Shown piece after piece: positions 36,210-49,130 of a DNA stretch of 64,000 bases (position 1 is the stretch's first letter; every line of letters starts with the position of its first letter). This DNA is from Heptranchias perlo (Eukaryota): assembly GCF_035084215.1 (NCBI RefSeq), contig NC_090325.1, positions 121,954,001-122,018,000 on the forward strand, in the 5' to 3' direction. The notes under the pieces were generated by a model, which saw only the letters and a program-made list of their open reading frames with translations, did not search any database and had not been told where the DNA came from. A program made the position numbers and the translations under genes.

Positions 36210-38831
36210 GTGTTCTCCTATTCTGCCGTCCTGACTGGCCTTCTAGCAATATTATGGGTTTACCTTAATTATGCCATTTAATATTGCAGAAATATCAGCT
36301 AGATCTCTCGTTAACCAAAGTGTGGGCTTTGTGAGCTGTAACTAATATACCTCTAAACTCCTTATAACAGCATTTGATTTAATACAGCCCTTACTGTAAT
36401 AACAACTGAAATGTGTGAAATCTCAGTGAAATACATCCTAATATTCCAGTACTCGACTGTAACATACATTTACAACAGTTTCTGCTGGAGCATGTAGGGA
36501 CTATGAGATTCTCTCGCACAGGAACTATACACAGTAAAATGTTCTCTCTATAGCTTGCATGTCTCTATAAAAACTCCCTCATGTGTACGACCTTAGTTAT
36601 CACATTCTCATACTTCATGACACCTGATGTCTATTCTCTCTAATGTTGAAATAAAGAAATATAAAACACCTTGCGCAGTTGTAACTATGACCCACATACA
36701 ATTTGATAAATTAAGAACTGGATACATTACTGCATGTCTCGCATCTTCCTTTACTGGGAAACATTTCATACATTAGAATTTAAGCAATAATATTACAATA
36801 AAGTGATTTTCTTGATGAATCAATGATTTGATTAAAGGCATGATTCAAACTGGACATACTTAAACAGGAGCGAGATATGAAATTACAGGGCAGTCAGCCC
36901 TACATCTCTGTTGGGGGAAGTGCTCGAGAATTTTATGGGATAAATTCCTTGAAGGAGTAACTAAATCTGTGGCTGAATGCTATTTGAATGGTCTCTAAAG
37001 GGCTAATTCCCTGATTGGGTGCTCCCGGGTGAGGTATGTTGCTGGCAAGGACCATCTGTGGGAAATCAGGGACCAACAGTTTGTGATTTTCCATTCATTT
37101 AAATTAACATTGCTTCTCACTGGGAGAGTGAGATCAACACATCTTCCCCTAAGGATCATCATTCTCAGCCAAATAATTTTTCCTCCAATCTCCCATTAAG
37201 TAATAGTAATATAATGACCTCTGTATATTTTTGTGTAGGGGAGTCACTACCTAACCACATTCTGTACTGTATCTATTGTGTCAATGTTCACTTGCTCTCC
37301 TGGTACTGCATCTCACTCGAAGAAAGCTGGTTCAGAAAATGCTTTGCAATGGACATCGCTCCTGATTTGCTGTGCTCCCAATCTTCAAGTCATTAAAATT
37401 ATCCTTGTATCAATGGTCACTCGTTGAGAACAGTTGACAATAGTCCATTCCAGAGAACGTGAGTTCAAATCCCACCATGGCAATTTGAGAATACAAAATC
37501 TTGCAAAGCTATCGGATTGTCGTAAAAACCCAAATAGTTCATTAATATCCTTCAGGGAAGGAAACCTGTCATCCTTACCCGGTCTGGCCTATCTGTGATT
37601 CCAGTCCCACACCAAGATGGTTGACTCTTAACTGGCTTCTGAAGTGGCTTAGCAAGTTACTCAGTTGTATCAAACCGCTAAAATACAGTACCACATGGAC
37701 TGCAAGTGGTAAAAGAAGACCCACTACCACCTTCTCAGGGCAACTAAAAATGGGCAATAAATGCCCGCCTTGCCAGCGACACCCACATCCTGAGAGTAAA
37801 TAATAAAAAAAGACTAGAAATTACCATTGATGAAGTTATCCTGTGAACACTTAATGAGCGTTTAGCAAATTCTTCTCTCCTGTATCTCAATCAAAAAGTT
37901 AACCCATTTAAAATATAAAGATTTATAGCATTAAAACAGCAGAGAGAAAAATATGATATCATGCTGACAATTATTTACTGGCTAATATGTCTAAGTTGCA
38001 CTGTCTTAGCTTTGTTATTTCTGAAAGAAAATTTGTTTAGAAACAGTAAAGAAGGCAAAAAAAAAATGCACCAGACATGCAAGAAAACATCATGTGGGTG
38101 GAACAGTATTTGAAGTTATTTTTATTCTTGAGTTGAAGCTGCTACATCATCAGGTTGAAAATTCATTGCAACTGCAACCAACTTTAGAATTAGATTTCCC
38201 TACATTACACTTCAAAAGTACTGTATTGATCATCCTGAGGTTTTGTACGGTGCTGGAGAAATGTAAATCCTTTCCTAGCCTTTTGATTTACATTATTGCA
38301 ACTCTTTCCAAACTTGGAGCGTTTAAGTCCAAAAATTCACACTATAAAGTACAACCAGTGAAAGTGAGAGATGTTTCTTGTAAATCATAGACATTAGTCC
38401 CATTGTCTGGTCTGTGTTTTCTCTTACTACAGTGAGAAAGATCAGTGTTAAAAATACATTGAGGGGTTCCCCAGTGAGTCAGGTGTAAGATCTGGAACTG
38501 GATTATTCTACAGCTCATCTCTTGCTACTTGCTTGGGGAAAAACATTAAAAAGCATCAAATTAGGTGGGCTTTGATCTTATCAATGTTTTACTGTCCGTC
38601 ATTAACAGTTGTGTAAAAATAAAAGGAAGATATACTATCAACGCCACTCCACAGTAAGGACTTGATTAGATGATCTTTGACATTAAAAAAAATTGTCCTT
38701 GAGGTTGCAGTTAAATATTTAAAATCTACACTTATAAACATATTACCCCCTATCGCAATCAATTATCTGCCTGTTACTGCTGTAAGCTATACAAAAGGTT
38801 TGAATATGTTTAGAATAACAAGATTTAAAGA

Positions 38832-38968
38832 ACAAAACCAAAATACTGTGGATGCTGTAATCTGAAATAAAAACAGAACATGCTGGAAACATTTAGCAGG
38901 ACAGGCAGTATATGTGGAGGGTGAAACAGAGTTAACATTTCACGTCGATGACCTTTCATCAGAACGGT
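38832..38968 (-). mobile_element. Short Penelope-type repeat with a degenerate hammerhead motif in the gene 3 promoter
   Basis: Minus strand reads GTT-CTGATGA-A-AGGTC-ATC-GACGT-GAAA-TGTT-AAC. It is flanked by AAGA(T/G)TTAAAG repeats and is homologous to 55078-55208. Confidence 0.7.
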
Positions 38969-39075
38969 TAAAGAGTTAAAGGTCATCTGATCAAGTCTTT
39001 ATTATGGAGTGGTGTTGATAATATCTTCCTTTTATTTTTACAGAATCATTAATGACAGAAGAGTTACAGAACGTC

Positions 39076-39178
39076 TGGCTCAGGAGCAGGGAAATTCCCT
39101 TTCCACGGGAGCTTCCCATGTTTGACAATTTTCACTGCTTAGATTGTGCAAAATGAAAGTGGTGGATCTGAATAAAGA
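39076..39178 (+). promoter_or_regulatory. Proximal promoter of gene 3 with two kB-like sites
   Basis: GGGAAATTCCC 39089-39099 and GGGAGCTTCCC 39107-39117. The AP-1 position reads TGGCTCA. TATA-like AATAAAG at ~39171. Confidence 0.7.
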
Positions 39179-39287
39179 GCAGCTCATTGGACCTCTCTTC
39201 AACAGAACTTCATTCAACACCGAGAGAGTCACTGAGGTGAACAGAAGATCCTTCAGCAGAAATCCATTCAGCAACTCAAAGTCAAAG

Positions 39288-41403
39288 ATGAACAGAGCAG
39301 CTGCTGTGATGACTCTCATCCTGCTTCTGTGTGTCATTACTGCACAGGGTATGTTGTCCTTTGTGATCTTGTGTTTTATTTCTCATTGCACTGAAGTGTG
39401 AAAAAGAGTCTCGAAGCTGAGTTTGTAACATGTTTATTCAACCCTATTATATGCATCCCAGTCTGTTCCTCAGTTATATGGAGGCTTGAACAAATTTTAT
39501 TTTATAACTAAAATCTGCATATAGTAATATTTTTTGAAATGTGGTGATGTCACACTGAATCATTTTTATTTCCTTTTAATTTGAAACTTCACAGCCTGCT
39601 AATGACTGCTGCTGATATTAGTGAAGAAATGCTTAATGCGTTCATACAACAGTCCTCCATCTTTTTAATGTCGGTGTTCACCTTTTTAATGTAGCCTGTT
39701 TACATTCCATGGATTGATGCCTACACTAAAGCAATAGGCAGAGGAGTGGTATATGAAAGAGTTAACCATTCGCCCACTAAAATCAGCAACAGTAATTTCC
39801 AGGTTCATGTTTCTGAAAGTTGTCTTTGCAAAATCTTGTAAAATATGCAATATAAAAAAAATATAATGAACTTTTTTTATTGACCAAAAACTATTAAAAT
39901 AAGGAGTAATGAGACTCCACATTTTTAAAGGTTAATTTTTAGTTGTTTGGCCGTCATTAAGACTCACCGCGTTATTAAAACTTAATTTAATCGTACCTGT
40001 TTTTTGCCGATATTAGTTACTTTCCAGCTGGGCAGAAGAACAAGTTGACGCTGGTCCATTGATTCTGTTGATTGTAGCTGGCAATATCCCTTTAATACGA
40101 AGCTGTCATATCGCTGGCAAACCAGGAGGAGCAAGTTCCGGATTTCTGCGTTTCACTCTGCATGGGTGAACGCCAGAACTTGCTCTTCGATTTCGCCACT
40201 AACAACAGTGAACATTGTTGAGCTCACTGTGGCGTTAGTAATGGCATTCACCGTCATTTCATGGTTACTATGGTGCTACAACCTAGTAAATTCCAGGCCA
40301 TTATATTTTAATACCGTGCAGGTACGTCTCTCTGGATTTTGTAGGTGTGCTGCTAATTAAGGCTTCAGGAGCGATACTTTCTGGAAGTATTTGAGAATTA
40401 GGACAGATATATCAAAGCAGGCCACGTACAGAAGAAATAAAATTATCTCAATGCCGACACAAAATGTGCCAGGATTCACTCCACCTCAATCGATAATTGA
40501 ATATAACTTAAAATACCTTTTCACAGGCATTCCGATCCCAGGAAACCAAGGTCGTTGTAAATGTATCCGGCCTACCACCAGGCTTATTAACCCGAAGTAC
40601 ATGCGAAGTTTGAAATATATTCCCAAAGGATCCCACTGTGTGACAACAGAGATAATGTAAGTAAACATATCAGAGCATCACCTTTTAATCAAAGAACTGA
40701 AACCACTTTTCTCCTTTTACAATCTCCATTTGCTAAACTGTGTTCTTTGCTCAAGACACTTAGGATTAATCGGTTTGTTTATGAGGCAGATTTTAAGAGT
40801 TTTCTTTTAATTCTTTTACTTAGTTCTCTCCTTTCAGTGGGAGACATCCAATTTCTGTTGATTCGATTTTTAAGGTTTACCTTCTCTTCACAGTGTCACC
40901 ATGAAAAATGGGAAGAAATTGTGTGTGGATCCTAAAGCCAAGTGGGTGAAGATTATCATAGAAGCCAAGAAAGGTTGGTGTTTGTTAGAATTCGGACTTT
41001 TACTGTGAATAAAAATAACAAATGGCAAAAAGTAGCTTTTACTTCTCAATTTTGTCTCCTTCCCCCTTGTCCCCTCTCCTGAAGGTTTTAACTTCTTTGT
41101 GGGCAACAGTTCTGTTCATACTCATACTGACTTCATATGTGAATTGTTTCAGTATAGACAACATGAGCTTCCAACTTGCATCATTGTTGCAATGTGCCTT
41201 TTAATGGGGATAGAAGGGAGAGATTCTCTTTCTATTCCTGTGAATTGCATGGACGTTGATGGTGCTGCTCATCTTAAATAAAAGTCAGGTTTATAATGTT
41301 TCATAATTTATTTAATGAAGATATTGTGCAGTACGTTTACAGATGTGAAAGATTTCCAATTGAAAACGGAATTTACTTTTTTTCAGGTACCAAACTGCAC
41401 TGA
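39288..41403 (+). CDS. CXC chemokine gene 3, 95 aa; exons 39288-39348, 40527-40656, 40894-40973, 41387-41403
   Basis: Spliced product MNRAAAVMTLILLLCVITAQG-IPIPGNQGRCKCIRPTTRLINPKYMRSLKYIPKGSHCVTTEIIVTMKNGKKLCVDPKAKWVKIIIEAKKGTKLH*. Four Cys, and the same sizes for exons 1-3 and intron phases as gene 1. Confidence 0.95.
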
Positions 41404-41897
41404 GAAATGACAGAGTGATGGGATCCCACACCTGAATAATTTGAAGTATCACGAATGGTGCAATGAAGAAAGCTTTGGGGCAGTGCATTAAACCTCGGAT
41501 GTCATCCTCTGCTAGCTTGTTCTACCATTTCCTCTTTCTTTTTTGTTGAGAATGTTCCCACCTGTCAAGCTCATTGCTAATGTTAATGCAAAGTAATTTT
41601 TTTTGAATATTATAATTTTAACACAGACAAAGAGATCAATTAAAAAGTGCAATGTACATAAACTTTGTGCCACGGTTGAGGTTTTTTTCGCAGGGTGTAA
41701 TGCATGTGATTTTTACGATACTGTTACAAGTTACATTGTGACTGCATTCAATTTGCTTTCAGTTCTCCACAACTATTGGAAAATAATTTCCAATTAACTA
41801 AAGATTTAGGTACGGGAGGAAATTTCAATATATTTGTGTATTTGTGGAGGAATCTAAATGAGACAGGTAGTTTCAGTTATTACATTTTATTGTTTGA

Positions 41898-41903
41898 AAT
41901 AAA
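41898..41903 (+). terminator. Candidate poly(A) signal of gene 3
   Basis: AATAAA ~500 bp after the stop, in an AT-rich 3' region. Confidence 0.45.
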
Positions 41904-42645
41904 AGTGGGACATGGACCGTAGTTTTGGAATAACTCAAATTATTTTCTGTGGAAATATTGTTCAAAATGAACTTGTATAATTTCTTGATCACACACTACC
42001 TCCTCACCTCTCCATGTTTTGATTGGAACGAGAGGTTGACAATCCTTAAGTGTCCAGATTGGAACAACTATTATTTCTATTAAAATAGTCTGAGAGGGGT
42101 TTGCAGTGACCAATAATTTAATCAATTAAATAAACACATTCCTCCATTTTATTACTTGTAGATATATTGTAATGTTGCATTGTTTCAAACTAAATTTGGT
42201 GCAATTTTTCATTTCCTGTTAAAATCCTGTTGATATTCTATATAGTATATAGATGGCAAGGCAAAAGTTTTTAATTGTTGAATCAAATACACTCCTAGCT
42301 CCAATTTGAACCAAAACTTTTATATTAAAATACAACCACAACCATTGCCTGTCACTAACATTGATGGCATTTTACTTCAGTGTTTATTAGTCACTGACAT
42401 TTTAACTGTAACCTGGGTTTTTTCTGTAAAACATCAGACTTAGAATCTATCCGAAACTGAAGTTTGTGAGAAGCAAATTCTCTGTAGAAATGCTATTGTG
42501 TGTAAAGTACCTACATTTTAGAAGATAGTGCTCCTTATTGTATGATATTAACTGGAAGAAATGGCATTTGTAAATAGAACTATTCTCTATAAAGTGATCT
42601 TTTGCATTGAGGAATTTTTCACTGACTGGGACCAGTTGACTAAAA

Positions 42646-42809
42646 GGGATAGATTTTGTCATTGTGTGATAGTGTAAAATGGGTGATATTGAATCGGCAG
42701 CCTGTTTTACATCTCTCCTGATTTTTATTTCAATTTAAGTCAATGGAAATAAAAATCGAGAGAGATGTAAAACGGGCTGCTGATTATCGCACAAGGTCAG
42801 AATTACCCC
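42646..42809. mobile_element. Palindromic (foldback) MITE
   Basis: Outer inverted repeats GGGATAGATTTTGTCATTGTGTGATA / TATCGCACAAGGTCAGAATTACCCC and an inner 38-bp inverted repeat spanning 42697-42780. Absent at the homologous site near 6595. Confidence 0.8.
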
Positions 42810-42919
42810 AAAATCACAGAAGATTTTTGTGTAACAGTTGTGTTGCATGTAACTAGATTTGAGTATAAACTAGATTTCTCCAGTAGATAAGTTGAGTGAT
42901 TGACCTAATAAAAAGCGAT

Positions 42920-43225
42920 GGCCTAGAAATTTGATCATGCAGAGCCACTTTTCCAGTGCTAAATGGCTTCATAAGACTTCAATATGGTGGGCAGGAAGTG
43001 CACGCTGATTACAAGCCAAAAGTGTGCTGCCCGCCATATTGGTATAGGTAAAAACACCAGACAGCCAGGGCCTGAGCCTGAAACAGGTGTTAGGCCCTTA
43101 ACATATTTAAATAAGGGGCCCAATGCCTGTTTGAAGCCCCGTCTACAATATTGGGTTGATCTGAGGCAGTCGGCACTGGCTGCGCTCAGGAAAACTTGAT
43201 CTACATGTGGCCTAGCAGACTCTTT
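42920..43225. mobile_element. Truncated MITE related to 264-915
   Basis: Starts GGCCTAGAAATT and shares GGAAGTGC..TGCCC.CCATATTGGTA. Confidence 0.5.
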
Positions 43226-43412
43226 GTGCAACAGTTGTGTTGAGTATAATGCTGAGTATCACTCAATTAAGTTGCTACATGTAACTTGTTTGTGAATTAA
43301 TCTTTTATGCAAATTGTATTTAAGTTATTAAAATAAACTAGATTTCTTATTAAAAATGTGTTACCACTGTTTCTCAATCGCCACCAAAACAGTCATGTGT
43401 TCCAATAGATAA

Positions 43413-43646
43413 GGGTGGTAGAGGGTGGTAGAAGTTTGGAACTCTCTTCCGCAAACGGCAATTGATACTGGCTCAATTGCTAAATTTAAATCTGAGATAG
43501 ATAGCTTTTTGGCAATCAAAGGTATTAAGGGATATGGGCCAAAGGCGGGTATATGGAGTTAGATCACAGATCTGCCATGATCTTATCAAATGGCGGAGCT
43601 GGCACGAGGGGCTGAATGGCCTACTCCTGTTCCTATGTTCCTATGT
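43413..43646 (+). mobile_element. CR1 3' end
   Basis: RVVEVWNSLPQ-coding segment and a (TTCCTATG)2 tail; similar to 7550-7752. Confidence 0.85.
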
Positions 43647-43942
43647 GTTCCTCCGGTAGGTAAGTTTACCTTAGACAACGATTAATTTTAAAGATGTAAA
43701 GCGTCCACAGGATAGCAATTTTCATATTAAGTTAACTAATGATTGTATTTTTTTGGAAGTTTTAGAGGAGTTGTGTAACAGTTCAGGCTATTTCCCAATA
43801 CTTCTCTCATATCCAACTCAGAATTCTTCTTTCATCAGCAGTGCTTATTCACTGTGAACCAAAATATGACCACTGCACAAAGTAATCTGCATTTTTGGTG
43901 GACAAAGAATCCTTTCAGCTCTGAGGTATGCACTACATCAAA

Positions 43943-44615
43943 AACAGCTTGCATTTATATAGCGCCTTTAATGTAATAAAATGTGTCAAGGTGCTTCACA
44001 GGAATGTTATCAAACAAAATTTGACACTCAGCTACATAAGGAGATATTAGGCTAGGTGACCAAAAGCTTGGTCAAAGAAGTAGGTTTTAAGGAGCATCTT
44101 AAAGGAGGAGAGAGACGTAGAGAGGTGGAGAGGTTTAGGGAGGGAATTCCAAGGCTTAGGGCCGAGGCAGAATTGGAGGAGCGCAGAGATCTCGGTGGGA
44201 TGTAGGGCTAGAGGAGGTTACAGAGATAGGGAGAGGAGAGGCCATGGAGGGATTTGAAAACAAGGAGCCAATGTAGGTCAGCGAGCACAGGGTGATGGGT
44301 GAATGGCACATGGTGTGAGTTAGGATATAGGCAGCAGAGTTTTGGATGAGCTCAAGTTTATGGAGGGTGGATGATGGGAGGCCGGCCAGGAGAACATTGG
44401 AATAGTTAAGTCTAGAGGTAACAAAGGAATGGATGAGGGTTTCAGCATCAGATGAGCGAGGCAGGGGCAGAGACGGGTGATGTCACAGAGGTGGAAGTAG
44501 GCAGTCTTGGTGATGGAGCGGATATGTGGGCAGAAGTTCATCTCAGGGTCAAATAGGACGCCAAGGTTGAGAATGGTCTGGTTCAGCCTCAGACAGTGGC
44601 CAGGGAGAGGGATGG
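43943..44615 (-). mobile_element. L2-type LINE 3' fragment
   Basis: LNLGVLFDPEMNF.PHIRSITKTAYFHL.DI.RL.P is typical of the L2 ORF2 C-terminus. The tail is GCGCTATATAAATGCAAG. Confidence 0.8.
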
Positions 44616-46492
44616 AGTCGGTGGGTAGGGAATGGAATTTGTGGCAGGGGCTGATGACAATGGCTAGGAATAGTAATGCATTACACCATACGCTCATGAG
44701 GGGAAATGTAGAAATTTTTATCATTGGAAATAAAGTCAACCCTGAGATCTGTGACAAATTACAGGATTCAACCTCACTCCAAATGCTTTTTCCCATGTCC
44801 ATTGCCAAAAGTTCACTTTCCATACACAGTTCTTATTCACTATGGAACTGAATCTTGACCTCATGCTCAAAATAATTGGAGAAAAGTTTCTCTGGGTGAA
44901 CAATGAACAATGAATTTTTTTTATTATTTCTGGTTTGCATGTAGAAATTCCACAAAGTTTCACATCACTTCAGAAAATGAACAAAATCAACCATGTGAGA
45001 CACTTGTGTAGCACGCTAACTTATCAAACTGGTTTATTCATGAATAGCATTATTTACAACAGGGATCAGTAAATGCAAGATACTGAAATCAGTCCAAAAA
45101 AAGTCCAGAACCCGTTCATAAATTGATCAACAGACAAATTAGGCAGATGAAATCCTCTGAAAACTTTCTTTTAGACCTTCACATACCTTTTAGAAAGAAA
45201 TAGCAGACGTATCCCTAAGCAAGCAAACAGAATACAGTTTTGTAGGAAAGGCATAGGTGCATGCTACCTTTTCAGTGGCAGCCTCCAGCGGTCCCTTTAA
45301 GGAGCACTGGTTGCCAAGTGCCTGGAAAATCTGCAGTCATATGAATTCAATTCTGCAAATAGAGCCTAACATTTGTTTCAAGTACGGGGCTATGTCACCT
45401 ACAGAAAGAAAAAAAAGACTTAGAATCATAGAATCATAGAAAGTTACGGCACAGAAGGAGGCCGTTCAGCCCATCGTGTCCATGCTGGCTGAAAAAGAGC
45501 TATCCAGCTTAATCCCACTTTCAAGCACTTGATCTGTAGCCCTGTAGGTTATGGCACTTCATGTGCACATCCAAGTACTTTTAAATGAGTTGAAGGTTTC
45601 TGCCTCTATCACCCTTTCAGGCAGTGAGTCCCAGATCCCCACCATCATTTAGGTGAAAAAAAAATTTCCTCAGCTCCCCATTAATCCTTCTACTAATTAC
45701 TTTAAATCTATGCCCCCTGGTCACTGACCCCTCTGCTAAGGAAAATAGGTCCTTCTTATCCACTCTATCTAGTCCCGTCGTAATTTTATACACCTCAATT
45801 AAATCTCCCCTCAGCCTCCTTTGTTCCAAAGAAAACAACCCAGCCTATCCAATCTTTTCTCATAGCTAAAATTCTCCAGCCCTGGCAACATCCTCGTAAA
45901 TCTCCTCTGTACCCTCTCTAGTGCAATCACATCTTTCCTGTAATGTGGTGACCAGAACTGTATGCAGTACTCAAACTGTGGCCTAACCAATGTTTTATAC
46001 AGTTCTAGCATAACCTCCCTGCTCTTATATTCTATGCCTTGGCTAATAAAGGAAAGTATCCCGTACGCCATTTTAACCACCTTATCTACCTGTCCTGCTA
46101 CCTTCAGGGATCTGTGGACATGCACTCCAAGGTCTCTTTGTTCCTCTACATCTCTCAGTATTCTCCCATTTAGTGTGTACTCTCTTGCCTTGTTTGCCCT
46201 CCCCAAATGCATTACCTCACATTTCTCTGGATTGAATTCCATTTGCCACTTTTCTGTCCACCTGACCAGTCCATTGATATCTTCCTGCAGTCTACAGCTT
46301 TCCTCTTCACTATCAACCAAACGGCCAATTTTTGTATCATCTGCAAACTTCTTGATCAAGCCCCCCACATTCAAGTCCAAATCATTAATATAAACCACAA
46401 GGGACCTAGTACTGAACCTTGCAGGACCCCACTGGAAGCAGCCTTCCAGTCGCAAAAACACTGTCAACCATTACCTTTTGCTTCCTACCACT

Positions 46493-48018
46493 CTTGAATA
46501 AAGGTCAAAGTTTCTTGCACCAAAATCAGTTGTCTGCTGCACTTTGTCACAACCCCCAAATAAGTCCAAGGTCTAGAACCCAGGGAGTGGGAGCGATTCG
46601 GACTGCTCAGAAGTCAGAGGTGAAGCTGACACACACCACCACCCCCTACAAATAGCTCACCATGGACTACTCCTCAGAATCAGTTTCTTTCTTGGACACA
46701 CGAATCTCCATCAAAGACGGGCACCTCAGCACCTCACTCTTCCGCAAGCCCACGGACAACCTCACGATGCTCCACTTTTCCAGCTTCCACCCTAACCACG
46801 TCAAAGAGGCCATCCCCAATGGACAGGCCCTGCTCAGACGAGGAGGAACGCGATGGACACCTACAGACGCTGAAAGACGCCCTAGTAAGAACGGGATATG
46901 ACGCTCGACTCATCGATCGACAGTTCCGACGGGCTACAGCGAAAAATCGCATAGACCTCCTCAGAAGACTAACACGGGACGCAATCAACAGAGTACCCTT
47001 CGTCGTCCAGTACTTCCCCGGAGCGGAGAAACGACGCCATGTTCTCCGCAGCCTTCAACATGTCATCAATGACGACGAACACCTCGCTATGGCCATCCCC
47101 ACACCTCCACTTTAAACAGCCACCCAACCTCAAACAGACTATCATTCGCAGCAAATTACCCAGCTTTCAGGAGAACAGCGTCCATGACACCACACAACCC
47201 TGCCACGGTAACCTCTGCAAGACATGCCAGATCATCGACACAGATACCACCATCACACGAGAGGACACCACCCACCAGGTGCATGGTTCATACTCCTGTG
47301 ACTCGGCCAACGTTGTCTACCTCATACGTTGCAGGAAAGGATGCCCCAGAGCATGGTACATTGGCGAGACCACGCAGACGCTGCGACAACGGATGAACGG
47401 ACACCGCGCAACAATCGCCAAACAGGAGGGTTCCCTCCCAGTCGGGGAACACTTCAGCAGTCAGGGGCATTCAGCCACCGACCTTCGGGTAAGCGTACTC
47501 CAAGGCGGCCTTCGAGACACACGACAACGCAAAATCGTCGAGCAGAAATTGATAGCCAAGTTCCGCACCCATGAGGACGGCCTCAACCGGGATCTTGGGT
47601 TCATGTCACGCTACACGTAACCCCACCAGCGAACAAAAGCTATCTGTTTTTAATATAACGGGTCATTTGCTGGCTTTCTCTGCCTTCCGGATGTTTCTGC
47701 CTCTCTCTCTCTGTTTTTTTCTCCTGTTTGTTTTTTTTTTTGTTGACTATATATTCGGGGGCTCTGTAGGTAACACCTCTCTGTCTGAACATGGTGATTG
47801 CCTTGGCAACGGGCAGTTGCAAAGACTATCTGTAATCACCATGTATTGTTCTGTGATTTATAAATGCGTAGGCTTCGAGGAGTTCCTGACATTTACCTGA
47901 GGAAGGAGGAAGCCTCCGAAAGCTTGTAAATTTCAAATAAAATCGTTGGACTATAACTTGGTGTTGTAAAATTGTTTACAATTGTCAACCCCAGTCCATC
48001 ACCGGCATCTCCACATCA
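46493..48018 (+). mobile_element. 5'-truncated Penelope-like retroelement (RT C-terminus, GIY-YIG endonuclease, terminal repeat region)
   Basis: VSFLDT..LSTSLFRKPTD..LHFSSFHP and CKTC...NVVYLIRC..C...YIGET.QTLRQRMNGH...GLN. 7-bp TSD TACCACT at 46486-46492 and 48019-48025. Confidence 0.93.
47891..47931 (+). ncRNA. Minimal type I hammerhead ribozyme motif in the Penelope 3' repeat
   Basis: ATTTAC-CTGAGGA-A-GGAGG-AAG-CCTCC-GAAA-GC-TT-GTAAAT: perfect stems I and II, conserved core, and palindromic AGCT in place of stem III. Confidence 0.75.
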
Positions 48019-48752
48019 TACCACTGAGCAATTTTGGATCCAACTGGCCACTTTCGCTTGGATCCTATGAGCTTGTACTTTATTGACCAGTCTGCTATTT
48101 GGGACCTTGTCAAAAGTCCATGTGCACTACATCAAATCCATTACCCTCATCAATCCTCCTTGTTAACTCCTCAAAAAATTCAATCAAGTTAGCCAGACAT
48201 GACCTTCCCTTAACAAATCCATGCTGACTGTCCTTGATTAACTTGTGCCTTTCTAAATGACGATTTATGCTGTCCCTCAGAATTGATTCCAATAATTTGC
48301 CCACCACTGAGGTTGATTGACTGGCCTGTAATTATTCGGTCTAACCCTTTCTTCCTTTTTAAACAATGGTACAACATTAACAGTCCTCCAATCCTCCGGC
48401 ACCACGCCTGTAACCAGGGAGGATTGGAAAATGATGGTCAGAGCCTCCGTTATTTCCTCCCTTGTTTCTCCTAACAGCCTAGGATACATTTCATCCAGGC
48501 CTGGCGATTTATCTACTTTAAAAGATGCTAATCCCCTTAATACTTCCTCTCTCTATGTTTATCCCATCCAATATTTCACACTCCTCCTCCTTAACTGCAA
48601 TCTCTGCATCGTCCCCCTCTTTTGTGAAGACAGACGCAAAGTATTCATTAAGAACCATATCCACATCATCCGCCTCCATACATATGTTATCTTTTTGGTT
48701 TCTAATAGGCTCTACTCTTTCCTTAGTTATCCTCTTGCTCTTTATGTATTTA

Positions 48753-49130
48753 TATTGCATTTATATAGTGCCTTTCATGATCTCAGGACGCCCCAAAGCG
48801 CTTTACAGCCAATGAAGTACTGTTTAAGTGTAATCACTGTTGTAATGTAGGAAAAGCGACGTGTGTTGGTTGAGAGATAAATACTGGCCAGGACACCTAG
48901 AGAAGTCCTCTGCTCTTCAAATATTGTCATGGGATCTTTTACACCCACTTGAGAGGGAAGATCGAGCCTTGCTTTAACATTTCATCTGAAAAACAGCACC
49001 CCCAACAGTGCAGCACGGCCTCAGTACTGCACTGAAGTGATCAGCCTAGATGTGTTCAAATCTCTGGAATGGGACGTGAACCCTTAACCTTTTGACTCAG
49101 AGGCAAGAGTGCTACCACTGAGCCAAGGCT
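48753..49130 (-). mobile_element. tRNA-derived SINE with an L2-like tail (DeuSINE/SacSINE1-like)
   Basis: Minus-strand head with A-box GGCTCAGTGGTAG, and a tail ACTATATAAATGCAA shared with L2. The central domain is recalled as Deu-like, not searched. Confidence 0.6.

Larger units (their letters stand above)
32400..38885 (+). repeat. Tandem duplication (~3.25 kb) of the gene 3 upstream region: 32400-35623 and 35624-38885
   Basis: Near-identical copies at offset ~3264. Confidence 0.92.
45422..48752 (-). mobile_element. CR1 LINE RT region, decayed and interrupted by a Penelope insertion
   Basis: YINDLD..FADDTKIG, WQMEFNPEKCEVMHLG, QHGFVKGRSCLANLIEFFE and WRTVNVVPLFKK. Confidence 0.92.

Noticed and set aside
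23194-38800. Additional chemokine gene or pseudogene in the duplicated flanks
   Set aside because: I found no exon sequences here; only 3' flank and upstream sequence are duplicated.
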